Assembly: GCA_003220315.1 (NCBI GenBank)
Contig: QHSA01000130.1
Location: 292-64,291 of the forward strand
Reading direction: 5' to 3'
DNA length: 64,000 bases
Source of the DNA: Candidatus Rokuibacteriota bacterium
GTDB taxonomy: Bacteria > Methylomirabilota > Methylomirabilia > Rokubacteriales > CSP1-6
Made by a program: the position numbers and the translations under genes. This document shows positions 8,695 through 19,646 of the stretch, one piece after another. The notes below the pieces were generated by a model. That model was not told where the DNA came from and made no database searches. It saw only the letters and a program-made list of their open reading frames with translations. Numbering within the stretch: position 1 is the stretch's first letter; each line of letters starts with the position of its first letter.

Positions 8695-9959
8695 GCCGGT
8701 CTCCTTCGCCCGATGTCCCTCCGGTAGTGCATCCCCTCGAAGCGGATCGCCCCGACCGCGCCGTAGGCGCGCGCGATGGCGGTCGCGAGGTCGCCGGCCA
8801 CCGCGGTGACGCCGAGCACACGGCCGCCCGCCGTCACGAGGCGCCCGTCGCGGAGCGCCGTGCCCGCGTGGAAGACCGTCACGCCCGGCGCCGTCTCGGC
8901 GGACTCGACGCCCTCGATCGCCGCACCGGTCCCGTACTTGCCAGGATAGCCGCCGGAGGCGAGCACGACGCACACGGAGGCCCGCGTGGGCCAGGGACCC
9001 ACCTCGGGCCACGGACCGCCGTGGGCGGCCGCGACGAGCAGCGGCACGAGATCGCCGGGGACGCGGACCACGAGCGCCTGGCACTCCGGGTCACCGAAGC
9101 GGCAGTTGAACTCGATGACCTTCGGCCCCTCGGCGGTGAGCATGAGCCCGACGTAGAGGACGCCTCGATAGGGCGCGCCGTCCTTGGCGAGCGCCGCGAT
9201 CGTCGGCCGCACGATCGTGTCCATCACCCGGCGCTCCATCGCCGCGTCGAACGAAGCCACCGGCGAGTAGGCGCCCATGCCGCCCGTGTTCGGGCCCTGG
9301 TCGCCGTCGAAGACAGTCTTGTGGTCCTGGGCGGCGGCGAGCGGCAGCGCGTCGGCGCCGTTGGCGAGCGCGAAGAACGAGACCTCCTCCCCCGACAGGA
9401 ACTCCTCGACGACCACCGTCGCGCCTGCCGCGCCGAAGGCCGCGCGCTCCATGCACTCGGCGACGGCCTCGTCGGCGTCGGCGAGGGTCCGGCAGACGAT
9501 CGCGCCCTTGCCTCCGGCCAGGCCGTCCGCCTTGACCACGAGGGGCGGGCCGACCTCGCGGCAGTAGCCGCGGGCGCGGGCGGGGTCGGCGAAGGTCGCG
9601 AAGCGCGCCGTCGGGATCGCGTTGCGCGCCATCAGGTCCTTCGCGAACGCCTTCGAGCCCTCGATCGCGGCCGCCGGGGCGATCGGACCGAACACCGCGA
9701 GGCCCGCGTCGAGGAGGCGATCGGCGAGGCCGGCGACGAGCGGCGCCTCCGGCCCCACCACGGTGAGGTCGATCCGCTCGCGCCGAGCGAACGCGACGAG
9801 ACCGTCGAGCGCGTCGGCGGTGAGCGGGACGCACACCGCGTGGCGCGCGATGCCGGGGTTGCCGGGTGCCGTGAACAGCGCCGTGACGCGCGGGCTCTGG
9901 GCGATCTTCCAGGCGAGCGCGTGCTCGCGGCCGCCCCCGCCGACGATCAGCATCCTCAT
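8691..9959 (-). CDS. purD: Phosphoribosylamine-glycine ligase
   Basis: MRMLIVGGGGREHALAWK...; overlaps the purE start by 4 nt. Confidence 0.95.
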   Translation of the reverse strand: MRMLIVGGGGREHALAWKIAQSPRVTALFTAPGNPGIARHAVCVPLTADALDGLVAFARRERIDLTVVGPEAPLVAGLADRLLDAGLAVFGPIAPAAAIEGSKAFAKDLMARNAIPTARFATFADPARARGYCREVGPPLVVKADGLAGGKGAIVCRTLADADEAVAECMERAAFGAAGATVVVEEFLSGEEVSFFALANGADALPLAAAQDHKTVFDGDQGPNTGGMGAYSPVASFDAAMERRVMDTIVRPTIAALAKDGAPYRGVLYVGLMLTAEGPKVIEFNCRFGDPECQALVVRVPGDLVPLLVAAAHGGPWPEVGPWPTRASVCVVLASGGYPGKYGTGAAIEGVESAETAPGVTVFHAGTALRDGRLVTAGGRVLGVTAVAGDLATAIARAYGAVGAIRFEGMHYRRDIGRRRPA

Positions 9960-10002
9960 TGGAGCGGCGCCCGCGCGGCCGCGGCATTCGGTGGCTGGCC
10001 TG

Positions 10003-10053
10003 CGACAGGTGCGACCCGGCTGCGTTCCGTCACGCCGCTCTTCATTCCAACGG
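10003..10053. repeat. Second copy of repeat family A (cgacaggtgcgacccggctgcgttccg...gctcttcattccaacgg); it supplies the stop and last codons of the MerR/TPR gene
   Basis: Direct comparison with 6911-6968. Both copies end genes with ...GAATGA. Confidence 0.45.
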
Positions 10054-10962
10054 CCCGCGCGGCCACTGGCTCTCGTCGGGCGGCTCGACGAGCTCGAGGT
10101 GGGCGCGCGCGATCCGCGCCCAGGGGCTGCCCGCGTCGAGCTCGAGGTAGCGCTGCCAGTGTCGGACCGCCTCCGCGCCGCGCTCGACCCGCACCAGCGC
10201 GCCGGCGAGGTTAAAGTGGGCGTCGGCGTAGTCGGGCGAGACCTCAAGCGCCCGGCGGTAGTCGGCGATCGCCTCCTCGGTGAAGCCGCGGTCCTCGTGG
10301 AGGCTTCCGAGGTTGTAGGCGGCCTCACGGCAGCGCGGGTCGTGCGCGAGCGCCGAGCGGTACGCGGCCTCCCCCTCGTCGTAGCGACCGAGCCGGTGGA
10401 GCAGGAGCCCGAGGTTGTTCCAGGCGGCGGCGTACTTCGGATCGATCGTGACCACCCGCTGGTACGCCTCGATCGCGTCCTCCCAGCGCGCGGGGTCGCC
10501 GTCCCACTCGCTCGCGCGCTCGAACCATGTCTCGGCCTGTTCGAGAGGAGGCGCCAGGGGCCGCACCAGCCCCATCGCCAGGGTCGCGCTCGCCGCCTTC
10601 TCGAGCCCGCCCTCGTCTAGCGCCAGGACGAGCTGGCCGCTCCGCGGGTCGAAGCGGACGCGGTCGGACTGGGCCAGGAGGCGGTCGCCCTCGAGCACGA
10701 GCTTGAGCTCGGCCAGCGGCTGCTCGAGACGCGGGTCCTGCCGCCGGAGCGCCGCAAGTGCCTGCCTGATCTGTCGCACGGAAGCCCCGGCGTCGAGGAG
10801 CGCGCTCGCCGCGCGGAGCGCCAGCAGGTCACGGAAGGTGTAGCCCGACTCGCCGTGAAGGAGCTCGAGCCGGCGGAGCTGCGCGGTGCGCCTGGGGGTG
10901 AGCGTGAGGATCCGCGTGAGTTCACGCATCCCGTAGATCCGCTCGAGCTGGTGCCGGGTCAT
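10042..10962 (-). CDS. MerR-type HTH N-terminal domain fused to TPR repeats; sits inside the pur operon
   Basis: N-terminus LTRILTLTPRRTAQLRRLELLHG...YTFRDLLALR is MerR-like; C-terminus has repeated AYxNLG and AHFNLA TPR motifs. Confidence 0.7.
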   Translation of the reverse strand: MTRHQLERIYGMRELTRILTLTPRRTAQLRRLELLHGESGYTFRDLLALRAASALLDAGASVRQIRQALAALRRQDPRLEQPLAELKLVLEGDRLLAQSDRVRFDPRSGQLVLALDEGGLEKAASATLAMGLVRPLAPPLEQAETWFERASEWDGDPARWEDAIEAYQRVVTIDPKYAAAWNNLGLLLHRLGRYDEGEAAYRSALAHDPRCREAAYNLGSLHEDRGFTEEAIADYRRALEVSPDYADAHFNLAGALVRVERGAEAVRHWQRYLELDAGSPWARIARAHLELVEPPDESQWPRGPLE

Positions 10963-10976
10963 GGGCCGCTCGCTCG

Positions 10977-12572
10977 TTAGTGGCGGAAGTGGCGGATCCC
11001 CGTCAGCACCATCGCCATGCCGTGCTCGTCGGCGGCGGCGACGACCTCGGCGTCACGGAGTGAGCCCCCCGGGTGGATCACCGCCGTGGCGCCGGCCTTC
11101 GCGACCACGTCGAGGCCGTCGCGGAACGGGAAGAACGCGTCGGACGCGCACACGGTGCCGGCCGTCTCGAGGCCGACCTCACGGGCGCGCATGACCGCCA
11201 GGCGCGCGGAGTCCACGCGATTCATCTGGCCCGCGCCGACCCCGACGACCTGGCGGCCGGTCGCCAGGACGATCGCGTTCGATTTGACGTGCTTGGCCAC
11301 GCGCCAGGCGAAGCGGAGCGCGTCCAGCTCGGCGGTCGTCGGCCCACGCTTCGAGACGGTCCGGCGCGCGGCGGTGTCCAGATCGGTCAGGTCGGCCTGC
11401 TGGGCGAGCAGGCCACCGAGGACGCTCCGGTATTCCGTGAGAGGTCCGGGCAGGCTCGCCCGATCGCAGGGGACCTCGAACACGCGGCACTTCTTCTTCG
11501 TGCGCCGGAGCGCGGCGAGCGCGTCGGGTGCGAACGTCGGGGCGAAGAGGATCTCGACGAAGATCCCGGCGAGCGCCTCCACGACGCCCATGTCGAGGGC
11601 ACGGTTCACGCCGACGATGCCGCCGTAGATCGAGACCGGATCGCTCGCCTTGGCCAGGGCCATCGCCTCGCCGACCGTGGCGCCGAGGGCGACGCCGCAG
11701 GGATTCGTGTGCTTGACGACCACCGCCGCCGGCTCGTCGAACTCCAGCACGACGGCGAGCGCCGCCGAGAAGTCGAGGAGGTTGTTGTAGCCGAGCGGAG
11801 GGCCGTGGAGCTGCCGCATCGCCCCGAGCCCGTGGCGCGGCCCGTCGAGGGGCGTGTAGAACGCCGCCGCCTGGTGCGGGTTCTCCCCGTAGCGGAGCCC
11901 GAGGGCGCGCTCGGCGTCGATCCGGAGCCGGGGCGGCCACGCCTCCGGGGCCGCGGGCGGCGTCACCGTCGCCTGCGGGGACCGCAGATAGCTCGCGATC
12001 GCCGCGTCGTACTGGGCCGTGCGCCTGAACGCGTCCTGGGCGAGGCGATAGCGCGTGGCGTCGGAGAGCGCGCCGCTCCTCCGAAGCTCGTCGAGCACGC
12101 CGGGGTACTGGGACGGGTCGGTCACGACGCCGACGCTCGCGTGGTTCTTCGCCGCGGCGCGGATCATCGTGGGACCACCGACGTCGATCTGCTCGATCGC
12201 CTCGTCGAGCGTGACCCCGGGCCGCGCCACCGTCGTCTCGAAGGGGTAGAGGAGGACGACGACGAGATCGATCGGCGGGATCCCGTGCTTGTCGAGCGCT
12301 TCGAGGTGACCGGGGACGTCCCGCCGCGCCAGAATGCCGGCGTGGATCATCGGGTGAAGCGTCTTGACACGGCCGTCGAGCATCTCGGGGAACCCGGTGA
12401 CGTCGGCGACGTCGCGCACGGCGACTCCGGCGTCCCGCAGGAGCTTCGCGGTGCCGCCGGTCGAGACGATCTCGATCCCCAGTCCACCGAGGGCGCGGGC
12501 GAACTCGATCACGCCGGTCTTGTCGTGGACGGAGACGAGGGCGCGGCGGACCTTCACCGGACGGTCACCCAT
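10977..12572 (-). CDS. purH: Bifunctional AICAR transformylase / IMP cyclohydrolase
   Basis: MGDRPVKVRRALVSVHDKTG...; trimmed from the 10977..12971 ORF. Confidence 0.95.
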   Translation of the reverse strand: MGDRPVKVRRALVSVHDKTGVIEFARALGGLGIEIVSTGGTAKLLRDAGVAVRDVADVTGFPEMLDGRVKTLHPMIHAGILARRDVPGHLEALDKHGIPPIDLVVVLLYPFETTVARPGVTLDEAIEQIDVGGPTMIRAAAKNHASVGVVTDPSQYPGVLDELRRSGALSDATRYRLAQDAFRRTAQYDAAIASYLRSPQATVTPPAAPEAWPPRLRIDAERALGLRYGENPHQAAAFYTPLDGPRHGLGAMRQLHGPPLGYNNLLDFSAALAVVLEFDEPAAVVVKHTNPCGVALGATVGEAMALAKASDPVSIYGGIVGVNRALDMGVVEALAGIFVEILFAPTFAPDALAALRRTKKKCRVFEVPCDRASLPGPLTEYRSVLGGLLAQQADLTDLDTAARRTVSKRGPTTAELDALRFAWRVAKHVKSNAIVLATGRQVVGVGAGQMNRVDSARLAVMRAREVGLETAGTVCASDAFFPFRDGLDVVAKAGATAVIHPGGSLRDAEVVAAADEHGMAMVLTGIRHFRH

Positions 12573-13240
12573 CACAGGCTCGCCTCGGACGCGGGGGCCC
12601 CTGCCCCCGGACGTCCTGCGGCTCGCACAACCACTTTGCGGCCGCTGATCGTGAGCCTCCCTTCGGCGAACAGGCGGATGGCTTCGGGATACAGGCGGTG
12701 CTCCTCCACGAGGATGCGAGCCGACAAGGATTCCTCCGTGTCGTCGGGGTGCACGGGCACGCTCGATTGTAAAACGACCGGCCCGGTGTCCACGCCCTCG
12801 TCGACGACGTGCACGGTGGCGCCGGCGAGCTTGACGCCGTACTCGAGCGCCTGGCGTTGGGCGGCGAGCCCGGGAAACGCCGGCAGCAGCGAGGGGTGGA
12901 CGTTCAGAATCCGTCCGGCGTACGCGCGGACGAAGCCGGCCGTCAGGATCCGCATGAAGCCGGCGAGGCACACGAGGCCGGCCCGTCGCGCCTCGAGCTC
13001 GCGCACGAGGGCGAGGTCGTAGGCTTCACGGTCGGGAAAGTCCTTCGGGTTGACGAAGCGCGCCTCGACGCCGGCCGCGCGCGCGCGGTCGAGTGCCTGC
13101 GCCCGCTCGCGATCGCTGACCACGACGACGACCCGCGCGGGGAAGCCGGGGCGCGCGCACGCCTCTAGGATGGCCTGGAGGTTCGAGCCGCGGCCCGAGG
13201 CGAGGACGCCGAGGCCCAGCGGCGTCGCCGCGGACGTCAC
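12572..13240 (-). CDS. purN: Phosphoribosylglycinamide formyltransferase
   Basis: GVLASGRGSNLQAIL...ILNVHPSLLPAFPG. Confidence 0.9.
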   Translation of the reverse strand: MTSAATPLGLGVLASGRGSNLQAILEACARPGFPARVVVVVSDRERAQALDRARAAGVEARFVNPKDFPDREAYDLALVRELEARRAGLVCLAGFMRILTAGFVRAYAGRILNVHPSLLPAFPGLAAQRQALEYGVKLAGATVHVVDEGVDTGPVVLQSSVPVHPDDTEESLSARILVEEHRLYPEAIRLFAEGRLTISGRKVVVRAAGRPGAGAPASEASL

Positions 13241-14268
13241 GCCGCGAGCTCCACGCCGCGCTCGCCCGCCACGATCTCACCGAGGCGCAGGACGGTCTCC
13301 CCGGCGTCGCGCAGGACGTCGGTCGCGCGATCGACGTCCTTGGGCGGCAGGACGATCACGTAGCCGATCCCCATGTTGAAGGCGCGGAACATCTCGGTGT
13401 CGGCAACCCCGCCCGCGTGCTGGAGTGTCGCGAAGACCGGCGGCGGGGTCCACGCGGTACGCGAGATGCGCGCGCGACACCCCTCGGGCAGCACGCGCGG
13501 CAGATTCCCCGGGAGGCCGCCCCCCGTGACGTGCGCCATCGCGTGCACCTCCGCGCGCGGGAGGAGCGCCAGCACGGGCTTGGCGTAGATCCGGGTCGGC
13601 GTGAGCAGCTCGTCGCCGACCGTCCGGCCGGTGCCCGGCAGGAGGGCGTCCACCGTGAGCTTCATCACGTCGAAGACGATCCGGCGCGCCAGTGTGTACC
13701 CGTTCGAGTGGAGCCCCGACGAGGGGAGCCCGAGCACGACGTCACCCGGGCGGACCCGCGCGCCGTCCACGAGCCCCAGGCGCTCGGCGACGCCGACGGC
13801 GAAGCCCGCGAGGTCGTATTCGCCGGGCGCGTAGAGGTCGGGGAGCTCCGCGGTCTCACCCCCGACGAGGGCGCAGCCGGCGAGCCGGCAGCCGGCAGCG
13901 ATGCCCTTCACGATCGTCTCCACGCGCGCCGGGTCGAGGCGCGCGGTGCCGATGTAGTCGAGGAAATAGAGGGGCTCGGCGCCGTGGACAAGGAGATCGT
14001 TGACGCCCATCGCGACGAGGTCGATGCCCACGGTGTCGTGGCGGTCGGCAAGGAACGCGACCTTGAGCTTGGTGCCCACGCCATCGGTGGAGGCCACCAT
14101 GACCGGCTCGCGGTAGCGCGCGGGCATGCTCACGAAGGCGGCGAATCCGCCGACGCCCGCCAGGACCTCGGGGCGCGCGGTCGAGCGCGCGAGGGTCGCG
14201 ATGCGGCGGACCGCGTCGTCGCCGGCGTCGATATCGACGCCGGCCGCGCGGTAAGTCAGGGGCTTCAT
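13237..14268 (-). CDS. purM: Phosphoribosylformylglycinamidine cyclo-ligase
   Basis: MKPLTYRAAGVDIDAGD...; 4-nt overlap with purN. Confidence 0.95.
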   Translation of the reverse strand: MKPLTYRAAGVDIDAGDDAVRRIATLARSTARPEVLAGVGGFAAFVSMPARYREPVMVASTDGVGTKLKVAFLADRHDTVGIDLVAMGVNDLLVHGAEPLYFLDYIGTARLDPARVETIVKGIAAGCRLAGCALVGGETAELPDLYAPGEYDLAGFAVGVAERLGLVDGARVRPGDVVLGLPSSGLHSNGYTLARRIVFDVMKLTVDALLPGTGRTVGDELLTPTRIYAKPVLALLPRAEVHAMAHVTGGGLPGNLPRVLPEGCRARISRTAWTPPPVFATLQHAGGVADTEMFRAFNMGIGYVIVLPPKDVDRATDVLRDAGETVLRLGEIVAGERGVELAA

Positions 14269-14288
14269 CGAGTCGTCGGTGGGGTCCG

Positions 14289-15746
14289 TCAGCCGTCGAA
14301 GAGGCGGAGCTGGTCCGACGCCTCCGGCTCGATCCCCACACGGTAGTTGCCGGTGAAGCACGCGTGGCAGAAGTGGCTCGGGTCGGCGCCGGTCGCCTTC
14401 AGCATGCCGTCGAGCGAGAGGTAGCCGAGCGAGTCGGCCGCGAGGTAGCGCCGGATCTCCTCCGGCGCGTGGCTCGAGGCGATCAGCTCCTTCCGCGTCG
14501 GGGTGTCGATCCCGTAGTAGCACGGCCACTGGATCGGCGGGGACGAGATGCGTACGTGGACCTCGCGCGCCCCGGCGCTCCGGATCATCTTCACGATCTT
14601 CCGGCTCGTCGTGCCCCGGACGATCGAGTCGTCGACGACCACGACCCGCCGTCCCTCGAGCATCTCGCGCATGGGGTTCAGCTTCACCTTCACGCCGAAG
14701 TGGCGGATGCCCTGCTTCGGCTCGATGAACGTGCGGCCCACGTAGTGGTTGCGGATGAGCCCGAGCTCGTACGGCGTGCCCGCCTCCTCGGAGTAGCCGA
14801 GCGCGGCGCTCGTGCCCGAGTCCGGCACCGGGATGACGATGTCCGCGGGGACGGGGTGCTCACGCGCGAGCTGTCGCCCCAGTGCCTTCCGCACCGTGTG
14901 GACGTTCCGCCCCCAGAGGATCGAGTCGGGCCGGGCGAAGTAGACGTATTCGAAGACGCACTGCAGGCGCTCGGCGGGCGGGAACGGGTGGATCGAGCGG
15001 AGGCCCGCGTTCGAGACGACCACGATCTCGCCGGGCTCGACGTCGCGCTCCCACCGCGCCTCCATCAGGTCGAGCGCGCACGTCTCCGAGGCGAGGACCC
15101 AGGCGTCGCCGAGCCGGCCGATCGTGAGCGGGCGGAAGCCGTACGGGTCGCGGATCGCGTACATCGCGTCGGGCGTGAGGATCAGGAGCGAGTAGGCGCC
15201 CTTCACCTGGCCGAGCGCGTGGGTGATCTGCTCCTCGAGCGGGCCCGCCGGCGCCCGCGCCAGGAGGTGGAGGATCACCTCGGTGTCCGAGTTCGACTGG
15301 AAGATCGCGCCGTCGCGCTCCATGTCCCGTCTAAGCGTCTCGGCGTTGGTGAGGTTGCCGTTGTGGGCGATCGCGACCGGCCCGCGCGCCGTGTTGGCCG
15401 TGATCGGCTGCGCGTTCCTGATGTTCGAGCTGCCCGCCGTCGAGTAGCGCACGTGACCGATGGCGCGGTGGCCCGGCAGGCGACGCAACCGCTCGGGACT
15501 GAACACGTCGGCCACCCAGCCCATCGCCTTCTCGGTGTGGAAGCTGACGCCGTCGGTGGCGGCGATGCCCGCCGACTCCTGCCCGCGATGCTGGAGCGCG
15601 TAGAGTCCGAGGTACGTGACGTTGGCGGCCTCCGGATGGTTCCAGATGCCGAACAACCCGCACTCGTCGTGGAACCGGTCGTCGTCACGCCATGTGACGC
15701 TCAAATCCGCTCCTCCACGCGCGCTCGATCCGGTCCAGCGCGACAT
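14289..15746 (-). CDS. purF: Amidophosphoribosyltransferase (with an N-terminal propeptide before the catalytic Cys)
   Basis: ...[11 protein letters not shown]...; PRPP-binding [13 protein letters not shown]. An alternative TTG start at ~15704 is preceded by GGAGGAG. Confidence 0.9.
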   Translation of the reverse strand: MSRWTGSSARGGADLSVTWRDDDRFHDECGLFGIWNHPEAANVTYLGLYALQHRGQESAGIAATDGVSFHTEKAMGWVADVFSPERLRRLPGHRAIGHVRYSTAGSSNIRNAQPITANTARGPVAIAHNGNLTNAETLRRDMERDGAIFQSNSDTEVILHLLARAPAGPLEEQITHALGQVKGAYSLLILTPDAMYAIRDPYGFRPLTIGRLGDAWVLASETCALDLMEARWERDVEPGEIVVVSNAGLRSIHPFPPAERLQCVFEYVYFARPDSILWGRNVHTVRKALGRQLAREHPVPADIVIPVPDSGTSAALGYSEEAGTPYELGLIRNHYVGRTFIEPKQGIRHFGVKVKLNPMREMLEGRRVVVVDDSIVRGTTSRKIVKMIRSAGAREVHVRISSPPIQWPCYYGIDTPTRKELIASSHAPEEIRRYLAADSLGYLSLDGMLKATGADPSHFCHACFTGNYRVGIEPEASDQLRLFDG

Positions 15747-17907
15747 CCACGATCGTCTTCGTCCCGAGCCGGAGCACGAGCCGGTCGCCGCCCGTCGTCC
15801 CGATCCACCGCCATGGGATCGCCGACTCCGCCATCAGCGCCTCGAACTCGCGCACCCGCGGGGGCTCCACCGCGACGATCACGCGCGACGGCCCTTCGCC
15901 GAACAGCACGTGGTCGCCACGGCCGGACGCGTCGAGCGCCGCCTCTAGCCCTACCGGCTCCCGCCCGGTCACGCATCCCTCGGCCAGCGCCACGGCGAGC
16001 CCGCCCTCGGAGCAGTCGTGCGCCGCCGTCACCAGCCCCGCGCTCACGGCGGCGCGCACCGCCGCCTGAACCTTGCGCTCCGCCTCGAGGTCGAGCGGGG
16101 CGAGCCTGCCGCCGAGCCGCCGGTGGGCGCGCCAGAGATACTCGCTGCCGCCCAGGCTCGCATGCTCGAGGCCGAGCAGCGCGACGCGGTGTCCCGCCCC
16201 CTTGAACCACTGGGTCGCCCGCCGCCCCGCGTCCTCCAGGACGCCCACCACCCCGATGATCGGCGTCGGCAGGATCGCCTGGCCGCTGGTCTCATTGTAG
16301 AAGGAAACGTTGCCGCCCACTACCGGGATCTCGAGGGCACGGCACGCCTCGGCGATGCCGTCGATCGCCTGGGCGAACTGCCAACGGATCTCCGGCCGCT
16401 CGGGCGAGCCGAAGTTCATGCAATCGGTCACCCCGACGGGCGTGGCCCCCGAGCAGGAGACGTTGCGCGCCGCCTCACACACGGCCATGGCGGCGCCTCG
16501 CCGGGGGTCCAGGAAGACGTGGCGCCCGTTGCCGTCGGTGGACACGGCGAGCGCCCGCGGCGTGCCCTTCACCCGGAGGACCGCCGCGTCGGAGCCGGGG
16601 AGGACGAGGGTGTTGATTCCCACCTGCTGGTCGTACTGGCGGAAGACCCACTCCTTGGACCCGATGCTCGGCGACGCGCAGAGGGCGAGGAGCGCCTCAC
16701 CGTAGTCGGGGGGCTCGGGCAGCGTGAGTGGGTCGAAGGCGAGCCGCTCGGCGAGCCACCCAGGCGGCGCCGTCGGTTTCGTGTATTTCGGCGCGTCGGC
16801 GAGGAGGCTCACCGGGACGTGGGCGACGACCTCGCCGCTGAGCCGCGCCGTGAGCGCGCCACCGGCGGTGACCCGTCCGATCTCCACCGCGTCGAGCTCC
16901 CACTTGGCGAAGATCCGCCGGACGTCGTCCTCGCGTCCCCGGCCGGCGACCAGGAGCATGCGCTCCTGCGACTCGGAGAGAAGGATCTCGTACGGGGTCA
17001 TCCCCACCTCGCGCTGAGGCACTCGCGAGAGCTCGACGTCCATCCCCGTGCCCGCGCGCGCCGGCATCTCGGAGGTGCAGCACGCGAGGCCCGCCGCGCC
17101 CATGTCCTGGATCCCGACGACCGCGCCCGCCTTCATCGCTTCCAGGCACGCCTCGAGCAGGAGCTTCTCGGTGAACGGGTCGCCGACCTGCACCGTCGGC
17201 CGCCGCTCCGCGGCCGACTCGTCGAACGTCGCCGACGCCATCGTCGCCCCGTGGATCCCGTCGCGCCCGGTCTTGTTGCCGACGTAGAAGACCGGGTTGC
17301 CGACGCCCTCGGCGCGTGCCCGGAAGATCTGGTCGGCGCGGACGAGTCCGACACACATGACGTTGACCAGCGGGTTCCCGGCGTACTCGGGCGCGAAGGC
17401 GACCTCCCCACCGACCGTGGGGCAGCCGAAGCAGTTGCCGTACCAGCTGATGCCCGACACGACGCCCTCGACGAGGCGGCGCGTCTTCGGGTCGTCGAGC
17501 TCGCCGAACCTGAGCGAGTCGAGGAGGGCGATGGGCCGCGCGCCCATCGTGAAGATGTCTCTCAGAATGCCACCGACGCCGGTGGCCGCGCCCTGGAACG
17601 GCTCGATGAACGAGGGGTGATTGTGGCTCTCGATCTTGAACACCACGGCCCAGCCGTCACCGATGTCGATCGCACCCGCGTTCTCACCGGGCCCCTGGAG
17701 CACGCGCGGCCCCTCGGTGGGAAGCCGGCTCAGGTAGGCGCGCGAATGCTTGTAGGCGCAGTGCTCGGACCAGAGCGCCGCGAAGAGCCCGAGCTCGGCG
17801 TAGGTCGGCTCGCGGCCGAGGCGGCTCGTGATCCGGTCGTATTCTTCGGCGGTGAGGCCCGAGTCCCTCGCGAGGTCGAGCGTGACCTTCGGTGGTGCCT
17901 CCGTCAA
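15685..17907 (-). CDS. purL: Phosphoribosylformylglycinamidine synthase subunit PurL
   Basis: [26 protein letters not shown]...; 740 aa. Confidence 0.95.
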   Translation of the reverse strand: MTEAPPKVTLDLARDSGLTAEEYDRITSRLGREPTYAELGLFAALWSEHCAYKHSRAYLSRLPTEGPRVLQGPGENAGAIDIGDGWAVVFKIESHNHPSFIEPFQGAATGVGGILRDIFTMGARPIALLDSLRFGELDDPKTRRLVEGVVSGISWYGNCFGCPTVGGEVAFAPEYAGNPLVNVMCVGLVRADQIFRARAEGVGNPVFYVGNKTGRDGIHGATMASATFDESAAERRPTVQVGDPFTEKLLLEACLEAMKAGAVVGIQDMGAAGLACCTSEMPARAGTGMDVELSRVPQREVGMTPYEILLSESQERMLLVAGRGREDDVRRIFAKWELDAVEIGRVTAGGALTARLSGEVVAHVPVSLLADAPKYTKPTAPPGWLAERLAFDPLTLPEPPDYGEALLALCASPSIGSKEWVFRQYDQQVGINTLVLPGSDAAVLRVKGTPRALAVSTDGNGRHVFLDPRRGAAMAVCEAARNVSCSGATPVGVTDCMNFGSPERPEIRWQFAQAIDGIAEACRALEIPVVGGNVSFYNETSGQAILPTPIIGVVGVLEDAGRRATQWFKGAGHRVALLGLEHASLGGSEYLWRAHRRLGGRLAPLDLEAERKVQAAVRAAVSAGLVTAAHDCSEGGLAVALAEGCVTGREPVGLEAALDASGRGDHVLFGEGPSRVIVAVEPPRVREFEALMAESAIPWRWIGTTGGDRLVLRLGTKTIVDVALDRIERAWRSGFERHMA

Positions 17908-17913
17908 CCCCGG

Positions 17914-18627
17914 CTACCGCTTGAGGAAGCTGCCATCCTCGACGAGGCTCCCGAGGAGGGACTGGAACAGCAGGAGTCCGTCCGTGCTGCCCATCGCCGC
18001 CTCCGCCGCACGCTCGGGGTGCGGCATAAGCCCCAGCACGGTGCCCTCCGGGTTCACGATGCCGGCGATGTTCTCGAGCGATCCGTTCGGGTTCGCCGTC
18101 CGTGTCACGCGGCCGTCGGCCTCCCCGTAGCGGAAGACGATCTGCCTCCGCGCCTTCAGCGTCCGGAGCGCCTCGGGGTCGGCGTGGTACTTGCCCTCAC
18201 CGTGGGAGATCGGCATCGTCAGCACCTGCCCCGGCCGTAGTCCACGGGTGAAGGCCGTCTCGACGTTCTCCACGACCAGGTGCGTAGACTGGCAGCGGTA
18301 CTGCAGGCATTCGTTGCGCATGAGCGCCCCCGGCAGGAGCCCCGCCTCGCACAGAATCTGGAAGCCGTTGCAGGAGCCGAGCACGTGCCCACCGCGAGCG
18401 ACGAAGTCCCGCAGCGCGTCGACGACCGGCGAGCGCCCCGCGACGGCACCGGCGCGCAGATAGTCGCCGTAGGAGAAGCCGCCGGGCAGGACGACGCAGT
18501 CGAGATCGTCGAGATCGCGCTCCCGGTGCCAGACGTACTTCACCGGTTGGTGGAGCACCTCGGAGATGACGTAGTGGAAGTCGCAATCGCTCCACGTCCC
18601 CGGGAAGACGACCACGCCGAATCTCAT
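17914..18627 (-). CDS. purQ: FGAM synthase glutamine amidotransferase subunit PurQ
   Basis: MRFGVVVFPGTWSDCDF...GFSYGDYL. Confidence 0.95.
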   Translation of the reverse strand: MRFGVVVFPGTWSDCDFHYVISEVLHQPVKYVWHRERDLDDLDCVVLPGGFSYGDYLRAGAVAGRSPVVDALRDFVARGGHVLGSCNGFQILCEAGLLPGALMRNECLQYRCQSTHLVVENVETAFTRGLRPGQVLTMPISHGEGKYHADPEALRTLKARRQIVFRYGEADGRVTRTANPNGSLENIAGIVNPEGTVLGLMPHPERAAEAAMGSTDGLLLFQSLLGSLVEDGSFLKR

Positions 18628-18639
18628 GACGCGTTCATC

Positions 18640-18909
18640 TTACCGGACCGCCCCACGACGGGCAAGGTCATCGGCCATCTCGATCGTGTAATCCTCGAGA
18701 ACCGGATTCGCCAGGAGCTGCCGGCACATCTCGCCGACGCGCGCGCGGGCGGCGTCCGCCGTCGCGGTGTCGAGCTCGATTTCGATCACTTTGCCGACGC
18801 GGAGGTCGCTGACCTCCGTGAACCCCAGGCCGGCGAGTGCCTTCCGGACCGCCGCGCCCTGGACGTCGAGGATCCCGGGCTTCAGCCTGACGAGCACGCG
18901 GAACTTCAC
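18640..18909 (-). CDS. purS: FGAM synthase PurS subunit
   Basis: VKFRVLVRLKPGILDVQGAAV...; GTG start overlapping the purC stop (GTGA). Confidence 0.85.
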   Translation of the reverse strand: MKFRVLVRLKPGILDVQGAAVRKALAGLGFTEVSDLRVGKVIEIELDTATADAARARVGEMCRQLLANPVLEDYTIEMADDLARRGAVR

Positions 18910-19646
18910 GCGGAGGTTCCGACGAGGCGTCGGTACACCTCCTGGTACGCCTCCTCCACGCCCCCGAGGTCGCGACGGAATCGGTCCTTGTCGAGCTTCT
19001 CCCCGGTCTGCCGGTCCCAGAGGCGGCACGTGTCGGGCGAGATCTCGTCGCCGAGGTAGCGCCGCCCACCGGCGCGCCCGAACTCGAGCTTGAAGTCGAC
19101 GAGGATGAGCCCGCGCTTCCACATGTGAGGCCGGAGAATGCGGTTGATCCTGAGCGCCATCCGCCGCATCCACGTGAGCTCCGCCGGGGTGGCGAGCTTC
19201 ATCATCCGCACGTGGTCGTCGTTGATCATCGGATCGCCGAGCGGATCGGACTTGTAGTAGAGCTCCACGATCGGCTGCCGGATCGGCGTGCCCTCGTCGA
19301 GGCCGGTGCGCTTGGCCAGGCTGCCCGCGACCACGTTGCGCACGATCGTCTCGATCTTGATGATGTCGAGCCTCCGGCAGAGCATCTCACGGTCGGAGAG
19401 CGCCCCGAGGTAGTGCGTCGGCACCTTTGCGCGCTCGAGGCGCTCGAACATCGCCGCCGACACCCGGTTGTTGACGACGCCCTTGCCGACGATCGTTCCC
19501 CGCTTGAGCGCGTTGAAGGCCGTGGCATCGTCCTTGAAATACTGGACGATCAGGCGCGGGTCGTTCGTGGCGTACACGATCTTGGCCTTGCCCTCGTAGA
19601 GCTTCGCGCGCGTCTCGACGTTCACCGGCGCCCCCCGCGTGTTCAC
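18906..19646 (-). CDS. purC: SAICAR synthetase
   Basis: VNTRGAPVNVETRAKLYEGKAKIVY...; GTG start overlapping the purB stop (GTGA). Confidence 0.9.
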   Translation of the reverse strand: MNTRGAPVNVETRAKLYEGKAKIVYATNDPRLIVQYFKDDATAFNALKRGTIVGKGVVNNRVSAAMFERLERAKVPTHYLGALSDREMLCRRLDIIKIETIVRNVVAGSLAKRTGLDEGTPIRQPIVELYYKSDPLGDPMINDDHVRMMKLATPAELTWMRRMALRINRILRPHMWKRGLILVDFKLEFGRAGGRRYLGDEISPDTCRLWDRQTGEKLDKDRFRRDLGGVEEAYQEVYRRLVGTSA

